A stretch of DNA of 64,000 nt from Sminthopsis crassicaudata (Eukaryota). The stretch spans positions 508,132,958 through 508,196,957 of the forward strand of contig NC_133617.1 of the NCBI RefSeq assembly GCF_048593235.1. The letters run 5' to 3'. Positions within the stretch are counted from its first letter, which is position 1; each line of letters opens with the position of its first letter. The notes under the pieces were generated by a model. The model saw only the letters and a program-made list of their open reading frames with translations. It was not told where the DNA came from and searched no databases. Positions 39,056 through 51,099 of this stretch are shown here, in pieces. Both the position numbers and the translations under genes were made by a program.

Positions 39056-39639
39056 AAATGATTCAGCAAATTGGACAGGGAAAAAGTAGTCTGTAAAGTA
39101 GTATTGTGCAAACCCTGAAAAGAGAGAATATCTGAAAGTAAAGAAGTAGTTAGTAGTAATGCCACAAGTAAGCAAAAATGCATGATGTTTGAGAAAAGAC
39201 TTAACAGTTTTGGCAATTAAAAGCTCATTAGCCAATTTGAAGAGAGGAGATTTAGTGTGATGAGGTAAGAAGTAATTGTAAGAGAGTAAGAAGAGAATGA
39301 AAGGAGAAGTGGAGGCAAAAATTAGTGTAGACTTTTCCCCCTCAAATTTTGCTGCATAAAAGAGGAAAGATGGAGGATGATAGCTTGAAGATTGAAATGA
39401 AGACTTTTAATTATTGATGAGATAAGCATATTTGTAAGCAGCAGAGAAGGGAGACAGGAGAAAATTGACATGAGAGTAATTGTAAAGGCAAGCTGTTGGA
39501 GAAAGGAGACAAGGGGATCAAGAACATAAAGAGATCCTCAGTGACTAGAGCAGAAGAGAAAAGGATGGGGCAAGATTTCAAAGTATTTTGAAAGGTAGAA
39601 TAAGAGAAAAGAAAGTTCAAAAGGTGAATTGTTCTATTT

Positions 39640-39910
39640 TCTGTCTTTTTAAAAATATTTATTTTGATTTTTAAGTATTTTATTGATATCTTTCTGTTGT
39701 ATATCATAGTCATTTTTGGATATAAACCTCCCCCCAAAAAACTAATTAGCCTTCTCTTGCAACAAAGAAAAATAGCTAAGCAAAACCAAGCAATATAGAA
39801 ACTGAGTCTGAGAGGGCATGCAATATTCCACACCCATAGCCTCTCAGCTTTCCAGCAAAAGGAGGATGCATAGCATTGTTTTATCAATAAAGTACCAGAT
39901 GATTCTTTAG
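39640..39910 (-). mobile_element. Old L1-type 3' UTR fragment
   Basis: ttttattgatatctttctgttgtatatcatag..ctcttgcaacaaagaaaaatagctaagcaaaacc. Confidence 0.55.
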
Positions 39911-40989
39911 ATGAAAACAAGTAGGAAAGGAGCATTACAGTCAACTTAAGGAGACAAGAAAAAGTTTGAAACCACTGTTTAAGGAGTATGCTAGGGAATC
40001 AATTAGGGAAGGTTAAAGTTACTTTACTTTAAATAAAGCCTTACTTTAATAATAGTCCCATTAGGATGAAACAACATAAAGTTGTGGTGCACCCAATCAG
40101 CACAGCTATATGACTTCTTCTAGCATTTTCTACATCTGTGATTAAGAGGTATGTGGTAGAAGTAATTTAGAACAGGGTTTGATAAGGGACAAGTAGTGAT
40201 AAAGTAAGCAATTCACGAATTTTATATAATCATTCATAGTTACATAGAGGTAATAAAGAATATCTGGTAGCATGTTGAAGAGTAAAGTTATTGCCAGTCA
40301 TGATGAGGAAGAAATATGAATTTAAGGAAGTAAGGCAGAGGAAGAGTAGGTTAGATGGTTATTAAAAGAATTCATCATATGAGTTAGACACTTAAGGAAG
40401 TAGTGAACTAAAGCCTCCAGCAGATAATGGATGGGTATGTTGTGGATTAGGCATAAGCCAGAGGATTAGCTTACAATTAATATCTAATAGCTACTAGTGA
40501 AAGCAAGAAGTGGTGAATTTGTGTATACAAGCTAAAGACCAATGAGGTCCCCAGAATGTGTTGCACTTTCTAAAATATTTTCTCATATCTTCTAAGAATT
40601 ATTATCTTATGAAGCTTGTTAAGTGCCTCATCAGAGTTGTTATATCTGTCCAGTTATGATAGACTAGTTATTCCATTTCTTGTTATTTAGATGGTGAAAC
40701 TGAGTCATAAAGTGGCTGAATTGTCTGAGTTCAGATAGTTTATAAGGAGTAGCTCTCAGTTTTCTTGTGCTAGTCTCATTAAGGGAGGATTAAACAGTCC
40801 CTTCCTTAGTCTATACTGGTATAGAATTCTTAAATGGATACTCAAAAATATAAATCTGTTTTTGGAGCTATGAAAAGCATGTTACTAAAATGGTAAAATA
40901 TTTCTATTTAAGAAAAAAGTGATTCTACTTTCATCTTTTAGTAATTCAAATTAAATTAGAGGAGATTGTTCCAAATCACTAATAATAAG

Positions 40990-41755
40990 AGAAATGAAGA
41001 TCAAAATAACTCAGAGGTTTTATCTTACACATAGCAAATTGGCAAAGATGAAAAAGAATATGGGTAGTTTAAGCTTCAGAGTTTATGGAAACTCACTATT
41101 GGGGGAGCTCTGAACCGATTGAACTAATCAGGAAAAAAATTTAGAAATATACTAAGAAAGTGATTTAATTTTCTAAACCAGATATTCTACTTCTAGTTAT
41201 ATATCTTAAAATCAAAGAGAAAAGGAAAGGTTCTATATGATACAATTTGCATAGTAGCACAGAACTGGAAACAAAGCATATGTTTATTGATTGTAGAATG
41301 ACTAAGCCTATTGTGATATTAATTCCATGGAATACTAATGCACCATAAGAAATTGTGAATGTGAAGAATTAAGAGAATCCTGGGAAAACACATGATTTGA
41401 TGCAAAATAGAGTAAGCCCAAATAAGAAAACAGTATACACAATGATTTCCATAATATGTATAAGAATTGTATAAAAACCAAACTGAATACTACATAATTA
41501 TGACCAAGTTGATTCCTGAAAAAAGATATGAGAAAATGCCCTTCTCATCTTCCTTCTTTTTCAGAGGAAGGGAAACTATAGCTATGGAATATCACATTTA
41601 CTGTCATATACAGTAAATCTATTTACTATTTTTTTTACTATATTTTTCTGAACTGTTTTTTTTCTTTGTTATGAAAAGACTCACTGAATAGGGAAGGACA
41701 ATTTTTTAAATGAACATTTTAGAAAAACAAAATTATCAATAAAAAGCTTAAAAGT
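40990..41755 (+). mobile_element. Old L1 ORF2 C-terminus plus 3' UTR, sense to SEMA6A
   Basis: ggcaaagatgaaaaag..agaactggaaacaaag..tggaatactaatgcaccataagaa..gtaagcccaaataagaaaacag; ends in aataaaaag. Confidence 0.8.
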
Positions 41756-42789
41756 TAGGGGGAAGCTATACAAACTAGGTAAGTGTCCCTTTCACTAATA
41801 AAATCATCCATTAATCAATCTGCATTAATTCTATTTTAATAGCTTTTTTTCTTACTGTTCAAAATTTCCAAAGTCTGTATGATACACATACAACCTGTGC
41901 TTTGTAATAAACTGTGACCTGAGTAGCATTTTGGACCTATTTATTCTTCTTTGTTTCTAGTTCTTTCAGAAGAAAAGGTGAGAGTATATGTACTTACTGA
42001 AAGCTTTGTATTATCACAGTGTGAATATCTACCAGCATGTGTCTAGCTTGTTGTAGCTGTGTCTCTCTTACTCTTTGTCTCTGAATTATCACCTCTCTTT
42101 GTCTGACCCTCAATGCCTCATTTGGGTTTCCACTTGTCACAATTTTGCTTATTGGATAATTTCACATTTCCTCATGATTCTGGTCCTTCTGGCAGAAATT
42201 GTAATTATAGTGGCTGTGTGGTGTTCTATTAATTACAGGAATTGTGGTTTTTATATTCATGGGTTAATTGGTGATATTTGCATATAGAATTTTCTCTCCA
42301 GATACTTTAGACTGTAATAATTAACCTTGTATCTTCATTGAGTCATAGAATTAGAATTTATACGACACTTGATACTTATGGCCTGATTTGGAGGGGAAAA
42401 ATAAGGGGGAAAGAGTGAATGAGTGAGTCTAAGAGAAAGGAGATAAAGAAGAAATGAATATTTTTCTAAATATGGTGAATGTTATTCCTTTAGCTATTTC
42501 TCAGTCATCTTCTCAATAGACTTGCCAATTCAAATCAGAACTACAACCTAGAGGTTTTAACCCTGTCATCTCTGGAATGTCAATACTTCCCACCTTCCCT
42601 TCCTTTCTTGATTTTGACTTTCACATGATCCACTATTTCAAGAGGGGCTGCAGCCATGCTTCACTTCAACTTACACTTAACAGCTTCACCATGATCCTTA
42701 CTTCCTTCCTCCCCCAGTTCTGGGACCGTGATCAAATTAACTCTATCATTGTTCCTGAAAGAGGTATTTTAGTTTCTTTCCTTTGTAGC

Positions 42790-42950
42790 CCTACTCCTAA
42801 ACATCCCATTAATTTTCTAGAAAAAGAGTGTCACTACTTGGGTATAGTTTCTTTGTATCCCCTATTAGAAGAGTCTTTGCTTTAAATATGTATCCCTAAC
42901 ATTTAGCACAGTGCTTTTTCATTCATTCATATATAGTCATTCATTCATTC
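42790..42950 (+). mobile_element. L2 3' end with (CATT)n tail
   Basis: gtatccctaacatttagcacagtgc..ttcattcattca. Confidence 0.7.
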
Positions 42951-43614
42951 ACTCCTCCCAAAGCATTCTCAAGGTTCAGATTTTTTTCATTATATTAATT
43001 AGTCACTCAATCTGTTAGGGTTATTTACAATATGGAATATGGGAATATGTGGGGCATGAGTCCAGATATATCAGAGCTCAGAGACTGTTAATGTCAGTTA
43101 GCAATTACCTACATGCTTCAGGGATTAGATGATTAGTTGATTCCAAGTATCAGGGTCACATCATGTTAGGAAAGCAAACAGTAGTACAAGTTGTAGAAAA
43201 TACTAAGAACCTTTCAGGGTTGATTTTGACAAAGTTAGGTCTGCTAATAATGAAGTAGGATAGAAATGGCTATAACAACAACTTACATTTGGTTATATTT
43301 GGCAATAATATTTGGCAAAGGAATGCAGATAGAGTGCAGATTGGCAGATGACACTTAGTTCTATAGTAATATTTTGTTGATAGCTATTACAATGCTTACC
43401 CATAAGGTACTTTAAAAAAAAAAAGCGTACCACTAGGAATTAGTTCAAGTATTCAGGAAAAATAATTTGAGATCATGATAGAAAATTGACTAAATGGTTG
43501 GAATCCTTTGGATTTTTTTTTCCTTTGATTTACTGATGGTTTAAAAAAAACATTTTTTACCAATTATATCTCTATCAATCTTCTCTACTAACTTATCTTG
43601 TAACAAAGATTTTC

Positions 43615-43745
43615 TTTTTTTAATTAAAGCTTTTTATTTTCAAAATATACAAGGATAATTTTCAACATTAACCCCTACAAAACCCTGTGTTCTGATTTTT
43701 CCCCTCCCTTCCCCCCAACTCTCAGTCGGCAAGTCATCCAATATA
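43615..43745 (-). mobile_element. Short young L1 3' end nested in the older L1, with TSD
   Basis: ttaattaaagctttttattttcaaaa..ttttcaacattaacccctacaaaaccctgtgttc; flanks tgtaacaaagattttc (43599) and tgtaacagattttc (43746). Confidence 0.85.
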
Positions 43746-43954
43746 TGTAACAGATTTTCAAAAAGAAACTGAAACAAAAAGTCAGCAAAGCCAGCCTTTT
43801 ATCACATCTGATAGCATTTCATACAGAAAGTCTTCCACAATAAAAAAGGGAGGTATATTTTCTCAACTCTTCTTCAAAACTAACCTTTGACTTTATACTC
43901 AGAACTTAGTTCACTTTTATTGTTCTTTGCATTTAAATTGTTTTAGTCATTTTA

Positions 43955-44012
<58 letters not shown>
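43955..44012. repeat. (TG)n(TA)n microsatellite
   Basis: Direct reading. Confidence 0.97.
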
Positions 44013-44013
<1 letters not shown>

Positions 44014-44314
44014 TACTTTCCTTGCTCTGTATCTTATTTGGGCATCAGTCCATAAAAATCTTCCCATGTTTCTCTGAATTCTTCACTCTTTCTTTACAGC
44101 TTAGGAATAGTATATTATATCTTTATATCAAATATGTCATATATATATTATATGATGATAGTGATGAATCTGTACACATTTTGTCTCCAGTTCTCTTCTA
44201 TCATATAAGTGCCACTACAAACATTGTAGTATATTTAGCCCTTTCCAAGTTTGACGTCACTGGAATATATGTAGAGGATATGTGTGCTAGAGGATATGTG
44301 CAAGTAAATTAGTA

Positions 44315-44500
44315 ATCTAGTGGAAGTGGAAGATGCACTGCATTCAAAGGTTCAGGTTCAGGTTTTACCTCTGATACTTTACTATTTTCTTGACTTTGGG
44401 TCAGCTACTCAGTTTCTCTAGGTGTAGGTTTCTTCATCTATGAATTGAGAGAGATAGACTTCATGATATGTAGAGTAGCTCCTAGCTTGGGATGTTATTA
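44315..44500 (+). mobile_element. MIR
   Basis: ggttcaggttttacctctgatacttt..gactttgggtcag..tttcttcatctatgaattgag. Confidence 0.7.
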
Positions 44501-44908
44501 TTATTACCTCTACTTTGTACAATTATTTTGTGGTAGTCTATCCTTGCCAGTCCCTCAGATGGAGAGAAACCTGGGTTTGCAAGAAAATTAGGAATAAATG
44601 AATTAGTGATACAGTTCCCAATCTTCTTAGAATTTCATTGTTTGATTTTCAGAAATCTTTGCCTTAAAATGCCATGTATCATAATGTACTATTATTATTG
44701 CTTATTAACGTGAGTTTAGATTAATTTTCTTATGAAAATTTCTTTAGAATTCTTCTGGATATTATTAAAGACCTTCTGGAGTTTTACATGATCATTGAAA
44801 ATCACTGCTTCAGAGAAACTCTTTTCTACCCTATAGTTTTTTAATCTATTCACGAAAAGAGAAATATATGTAGAACAAATTTGGTAGGTTTTAGGGGAAT
44901 ATAGAAAC

Positions 44909-44930
44909 AGAGAGACAGATAGACAGAGAG

Positions 44931-44988
<58 letters not shown>

Positions 44989-45010
44989 ATCTGTGTATGT
45001 ATGTGTATAC
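44909..45010. repeat. (AG)-rich plus (GT)n microsatellite
   Basis: Direct reading. Confidence 0.97.
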
Positions 45011-45191
45011 ATATCTGGTGGCTTGATATTCTTAAAGAATAAGTATGGTCCATTATTGATACTTTTGAATCATAAAGTGCTGTGTGATATATTAATTCTT
45101 ATTCTCACTATCCTATTCCTTCTCCCTTGGCTTAAATTGATCGTGGCTTTTAGGAAAACACCTAAGTTATTTAACTCTTAGTGAATACTAT

Positions 45192-45430
45192 AGGGTAACT
45201 AGGTAACACAGTGGATAGACTTATGTGTTTGGGATCAGGAAGGCTTATTTTCATGAATTCAAACCTGATTTCAGCATCTGTGTGATCCCGGGCAAGTCAT
45301 TTAACCCTGTTTACCTCAGTTCTTCACTTATAAAACGAGCTAGAAAAGTTAGCAAAGCAAACTCTTCCAGTATTTTCACCAAAAAGACCCCAAATTGAGT
45401 CAGGAAAAGTAAAATGACCAAATGAACCAA
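45192..45430 (+). mobile_element. MAR1-type SINE
   Basis: gggtaactaggtaacacagtggatag..gggcaagtcatttaaccctgtttacctcagtt..ctccagtattttcaccaaaaagacccc. Confidence 0.82.
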
Positions 45431-45529
45431 AATAGGTCAATAAATTGTTTTTCTATGGGAGTAAGGCCAACAAATTACACAAAGTTTGGTAACTTATACT
45501 GATTATACTTTGAAGCTAAGGAGACCTGA

Positions 45530-45797
45530 TTTCAAAGCAAGGAGACCTCTGACACCCTGAACTTAGTGTAGTAACTTCTTTGTGCTCTAACCCTGCTGAT
45601 ATCAAACATTTGACCTACAATACTCCTGAGTCCTTGAACCAGATTCAAACATAATTGGGAAAGATTTAACAAAATAAATAAAAATACAATAAAACATACA
45701 TAATATTATGGTTTAAAACTAAGTCAATATGCATTCCTCAGTGACCTTTATGTACAAATTAATGGCTTTTTTTTCTATTTGAGATAGACCCTACTGC
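45530..45797. mobile_element. Degenerate non-autonomous DNA transposon (hAT-like)
   Basis: aattgggaaagatttaacaaaataaataaaaatacaataaaaca..ctaagtcaatatg..tttctatttgagatagaccctactg resembles a recalled marsupial element with CAGTGGTGTCAAAC-type ends. Confidence 0.5.
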
Positions 45798-46029
45798 CTG
45801 AGGCAATTAAGACTTTCCAGTTGAAGTGGAATTAACCTGCTTTTGTGGGAGTTTTCTCACTCCAGAGTTCCTTTTAATCAGTGAAATCACAGATCCAGTC
45901 CCCCTCTTTAACCAACAATAGGTTCATTCTCTCCTGAGTTATTAAATGAAATGGCTTTTTCCCCCATTTTTTTACTCAAAGAAGTTTTCTGAAGAATACA
46001 AGTAAATTCTATAAATTGAGTTATTGTTC

Positions 46030-46187
46030 NNNNNNNNNNNNNNNNNNNNNNNNNNNNNNNNNNNNNNNNNNNNNNNNNNNNNNNNNNNNNNNNNNNNNNN
46101 NNNNNNNNNNNNNNNNNNNNNNNNNNNNNNNNNNNNNNNNNNNNNNNNNNNNNNNNNNNNNNNNNNNNNNNNNNNNNNNNNNNNNNN
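46030..46187. other. Assembly gap (158 N)
   Basis: Run of N. Confidence 1.
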
Positions 46188-47009
46188 TAGCGTATGAGCC
46201 TTCCTCAAGGTCTGTTTTGGGACAACTGATTTAACCTTTAGTGTCCCTAAGGCAACTTTCTAAGACTAAGCTAAAGGCAAGTTGTTAACCTACACTTTTT
46301 TAGAGCGACTTTATTTGTCCAATTGCTTCTAGCAAAATCACAGGTCCAGACCAAATGCACAAATACTATATCTGTAGCTATATATATGATTGTACATAAT
46401 TATATCTTTAGCTAGAGTAAAGATTTGAGAAAAGGAAGAAGAGAAAGAAAAAGAGAGAAAGAGAATCAGAGAGAAAAAAAAGAGAGATAGGGGTGTGTTC
46501 CTGTGTGTACACATAAGCACAAGTGTGTGCATATGTATATCTGAAGTAGCAGCCAGGAGCTATGTAACACCATGATTTGTTATAGGTGATCCAATTTAAT
46601 CTAAGTTCTTGGGCAGAAATATATGTTTAGTCTTCTAGTCAGAAGACAAGTACTGAGAATAATAAATACCTAAGAGAAAAAATGAAATTTTCTTCTTATT
46701 CTTCAAAGCAGAGTTTGACCTGAAGAGTTTGGTTCGAGAAAGAATGAGTTAGAGTTTTTTGCCTTATTAGGATTTGCTGAAGATATATATTTTTTTTAAA
46801 GATCAAAATAAAGAGCATGTTTTTATAGGTCTTTGTTAATTGTTGTTGGTTTTATATCAATGATTAGTCAGTCAGCAATCATTTATTAAGTAGTACATTC
46901 CAGATCCCTTCCTAGATCACTGCCATGTTCAACAGAGGGGTTTTCCTAGCTCAATGAAACTATAATGAACAGGTCATAGTGGAGAGTTCTGACAAAAGGT
47001 GATTGATTT

Positions 47010-47125
47010 ACTGGAGAAGGAAATGGCAAAAAACTCCAATTTTTTTGCTAAGAAAACCCCACAGACAGTACTAGCATGCTGATGGTCCACAAGATCATGA
47101 AATTAGGACTTAACAATAACAACAT
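47010..47125 (+). mobile_element. RTE-type SINE tail fragment (MAR1/WALLSI-like)
   Basis: ctggagaaggaaatggcaaaaaactcc..aagaaaaccccacagacagtact..aacaataacaac. Confidence 0.75.
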
Positions 47126-48339
47126 GTCAGATACTGTGGTAATATTTTAGTATACAAAAAAAGTCAGAAGAGTCTCTGCTTTTAAGAAGCTCACTCTTCT
47201 GGAAAGATTCAGGACTTTCATGTTTCAATGTTACTTCAGGATAAGGAAAGAAAGTGTTTTATTCCCTATGTATCTATGTCACTATTGAAATATAACTTTC
47301 ATTCCACTAGAGGAAAAAAGGTACATCCAGACAAGTAACTCGTCCTGAGATTTCACAGACCAAGTCAGGATGTGGAAGACAGATGCTGCTGGTGTAGCTG
47401 ATCTGTTTTCTATGAACCATGCTGAGATAGTACAATAAAATATATGTCAGCAATGGTATTTCTGTCAGAGGAAATAATATTGTAGCATTTTAGCTTTAAA
47501 ATCAGTTCAGAGTTTTGACAGAGGTTTATAGAAAATCCTAATAATCACCATCTCTTTTTGTTCCTTTTAATATGCTATTACAATGGCATGGGGAAAGTTG
47601 TGTTCAAGTGGGGAATGTTCTTACAATAGACATAAAGTTGAAATTGTAAACCTTATCCACTTCCCATAAAAACCTTAGGTGGAAATCATAGGGGTTTGAA
47701 TGGATTTTAGTAAATCATGATTAAAAAAAATAAAAATAAAAAAACCACTATTACTAGTGTTTAGGGTCTCATAGAAACTTGGTAGTGAATAAAGAAAAGA
47801 AGAAAAAGCACAAAGTAAAAAAGATATTGAAAAGTTATGTCCCTCCCCCATCCTCCTCTTTTGTTTTCATTTTTAGAAGGGTTTTTAATAGGTTGAGAAG
47901 CAGCACAGTCTAGGAGAAAGGGAACTGGCCTTTAAGATCTGAACTAAGTCCTAAGTCCCCCAGTTCTCTAGGAAATTCTTTCTTTAGGAAAGGAACTCTA
48001 TAATTTGCAGAAAAGGTTCTTTCCTACTTTGATAAAGGGAATTTCCTCATTTGAGACTTCCTTATATCAACAAAATCACAACTCCAGTTCCAGTGCCTCC
48101 TTCAGGTTCAATAATCTATAGGACCTAAACTATGAAAAAAAGAAAGAATCAGTACACTTCCAGAGAGATGGACACCTGGATAAATGCTATAATACTCCAG
48201 AGCCAGCTCTAACTAGAGGAGACTGAAATTTTCAGTGTTGAAAAAAGAAAAATATAAAATATAAAATTTTTATATAAAAATATAAAAGAAGCAAAAATAA
48301 ACCTAATGCAGATTAAATTTATTTTAAAAAATTATGTGC

Positions 48340-48985
48340 TTTCTTTTATAAAATTTTCAATAGTATTTTATTTTCCAAATACACATAAAGATAGTTTTCA
48401 ACATTCATTTCTATAAGGCTTTGTGTTCCAAAATTTTCTTCCTCCTTTACTTTCCTCCTTCCCAAGAAAGCAAGTAATTTATACAGGTTAAATATGTGCA
48501 ATACTTCTGAACATATTTCCATATTTTGCAAGAAAAATCAGACCAAAAGGGAAAAAAACTGAGAAAGAAAAAATGCTATGCTTTGATCCATTTTCAGTCA
48601 CCATAGTTCTCTCTGTGGAGACATTTTCCATTACAAGTCTATTGGAATTGCTTTGAATCACTTACATTGTTGAAAAGAGCCAAGTCCATCACAGTTGATC
48701 ATCAAATAATCTTGTTGCTGTGTACAATGTTTTCTTAGTTTTGCTCACTTTGTTCAGTCTTAGTTCATGTAAATCTTTCTTGGCTTTTCTGAAATCACCT
48801 GCTCATCATTTCTTGTAGGATACTAATATTCCATTACACTAATCTACCATAATTATTTATCCATTCCCCAATTGATGGAGTTTTCAATTCTTTGTACAAG
48901 TAGGGCTGCAGTAAACATTTTTGCACTTGTGGATACTTTTCCCTTTTTTATGATCTCTCTGGGATACAGACCCAGTAGGGACACA
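48340..48985 (-). mobile_element. Marsupial L1 3' end (3' UTR plus ORF2 C-terminus)
   Basis: gatagttttcaacattc..ttgaaaagagccaagtccatcacagttgatc..ccattccccaattgatgg..gggatacagacccagtag. Confidence 0.9.
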
Positions 48986-50535
48986 TGCAGTTTAACTTAA
49001 AAGTGTGTACATGCCTCTTCTTTACACGCTTAACACCATCCAAATTGCTTGTTAAAACATTTGTACCAAAACATTCTAATATGCTCCATAACCACTGATT
49101 GAGCTCAGCAGGAGTGCAGTAGAAGACTGAGGGTATGAAGTCATCATCAGATTGCAAGCTTTGTAACTATAAGTTCCTCACAATATTGACACTGACTTGG
49201 TGCTTTAAAGTTTGCAAAGTACTTTCTTCCCTTATCTCACTTGAGCCTCATCATTCCCCTAGACATATGACAATAAGGGGAGGAAAGCTATATGAAAACT
49301 ATTGGGGAAATCCTTTAAAAAGCCAATGCCAGACCCTCAGCTCTTCCTCAAAAAACAACAAATAGCAATAATTTTATTTTTGAGGAAAAATGTCTAGAAG
49401 CATTCTCATTCAGCCTAATTTTGAAATAAAATATGATGTAGAGGAAAGCTCATGAAAGTGAAACAGAGGTCTTGATTCTAGTCCTACCTTTTTCTTTTTT
49501 TTCTAATTATACGACAATGGGCTAATCTTGAAAGTTTTCTAGATCTCAGTTTCTTTATTTGTAAACTATAAATTTATCAAATATTTATGACAAGATTCCT
49601 TGGCAGATCTTTTCCTTTCTCCAGATAAATGATTACAAGTGGTCTGTGATATTTCCCTTTCTTCTGAAATGTGTGTTTTTATATTCCTGCCAATGGTTAG
49701 TAGGAGAAGAGCCAGGTGCTTTATCAAGCATTTGAAGCCATTATTCTTATTTGTATTGGCCTTATATCTTACTGAAACTATTTCAGTGCAGGTGGCCCCT
49801 GTAGATAATTTACAAGAAAGATTATAATCAGAATCAATAACCTTGAGCTTTTTCTAATTAGTTGGGAAACATCCTTCTGGCTGACTCTTCCTTAAGTCAA
49901 TGGTCTCCAATTTTTTTTTAATAATGCATCACTACTAAAATTAAATTTTTAGGTACACACTGCAATATACTTATTTCCTCATAAGATATATGCCTATCTG
50001 ACTCTCCTAATATTGCATGTAGATTATGTTACAAAATGCAAACAAAAATAAAAATTATAAAAGATGATATAAATATGAAATTAATCTTCCCATTTTATTA
50101 AGAATAGAGTTTTTATTAATTTTACTTGCTTTTTAGGGAGATCAATGCAATTGAATATATTTTGAATCTTGGTTTAATAACTTATGATGCAATCATTCAA
50201 TGAGCTGGTTATAAGCTCAGTTTATTGCTATGCTAGATTTTAATGACTGTCACAGTCAAAAAATATTCCTCCCAAAGCTATGTAGATCCAAATAGAAGAT
50301 GAGCATCAGTGGCTGAACTTAATAAATCATTATACTCATTTTAGATCCCATCCACCATCTTTCCTGATATGGAGGAGAGGAGGGTAGGAAGACCTCATCT
50401 CTGTAGGTCAGGTCTCAGGTCCAGAGGGGGGTAGTTCCATGTGGTGAGAAGTTGATAATTTGGCAGGATGCCCGGGTAAGCCCTGGTTTCCTGGTGCTAG
50501 ATGGCCTTCTTCCTTTGCTTCCAAGCTGTCTGACT

Positions 50536-50587
50536 GGGGTAGAGGGGGAAGGGCAGGGGAAGAGGGTTGGGTGTCTAGGGAACTGGG
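50536..50587 (+). other. Potential G-quadruplex (8 G-tracts of 3 or more)
   Basis: GGGGtagaGGGGGaaGGGcaGGGGaagaGGGttGGGtgtctaGGGaactGGG; all loops 6 nt or shorter. Confidence 0.7.
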
Positions 50588-51099
50588 TAGCAGCTCTGAG
50601 AGAGTTTTGCACTTGGCCTCCTGAACTTCAAGAATCCTGGCAGCAGCAGCTGCTGCATCCTGTCTCACCTCATGCTAGCTGCTGCTGCTTCCCATTCCTG
50701 AGGTGGCGGTGGTTGCTATTTTTTTTTCCTCTTCTGTTCTCCTTACTGCAACTCCTCCCAGACTCTGTGCAAGCCTCCTTTGTTCTCCTAGGGCCCGAGG
50801 AAGATAAGAGCCTGTCTCGTTAGGCTGGAAGGCAGCAAAAAGCTCATATCCTTGGGAACCATTAAGCCTTTCATCCCCAGAATTCTGTTTCTTATACCTC
50901 TCCTACCCCCTCTTATTTGTGGAGTACAAGCCCTATCCATTTTTTCCCCCTCTCTTCTAGCCCCAGGCCTTAGAAGGGTCTTTGCTCCCAGCTCTTGTTT
51001 GTCCTTATTCAGGCTGGGGGACATATACCACCGTTACAGTAGGATTGTTAAAAAAAAAAAAAAAAGACAGAGGCCTGTGGGGGTTGGGCCGGTACATGA

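Larger units (their letters stand above)
37450..39640 (-). mobile_element. Long L2 relic (3' end back to the RT region), interrupted by two MIRs
   Basis: L2 tail (cattcattccacaaggaatttattaaatatttactatgtgccaagcac); reverse-complement RT motif region at about 39212-39265. Confidence 0.8.
43540..44310 (-). mobile_element. Old L1-type 3' end containing a younger L1 and a microsatellite
   Basis: cttgctctgtatc..gggcatcagtccataaaaatcttcccatgtttctctgaattc. Confidence 0.7.

Noticed and set aside
39411-39944. Longest real ORF in the track (177 aa, minus strand)
   Set aside because: Spans decayed L1/L2 repeat sequence; low-complexity hydrophobic translation typical of AT-rich non-coding DNA; no recognisable domain.
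43955-45010. Regular repeats and CVCVCV/THTHTH ORFs
   Set aside because: Simple dinucleotide microsatellites; no repeat-spacer structure (not CRISPR) and not coding.
50408-50668. 86-aa minus-strand ORF that looks protein-like (RQDAAAAAARILEVQ...)
   Set aside because: Starts at GTG with an in-frame TAG just upstream; no recognisable homology; its start coincides with the candidate donor site; ORFs of this length are expected in GC-rich DNA.
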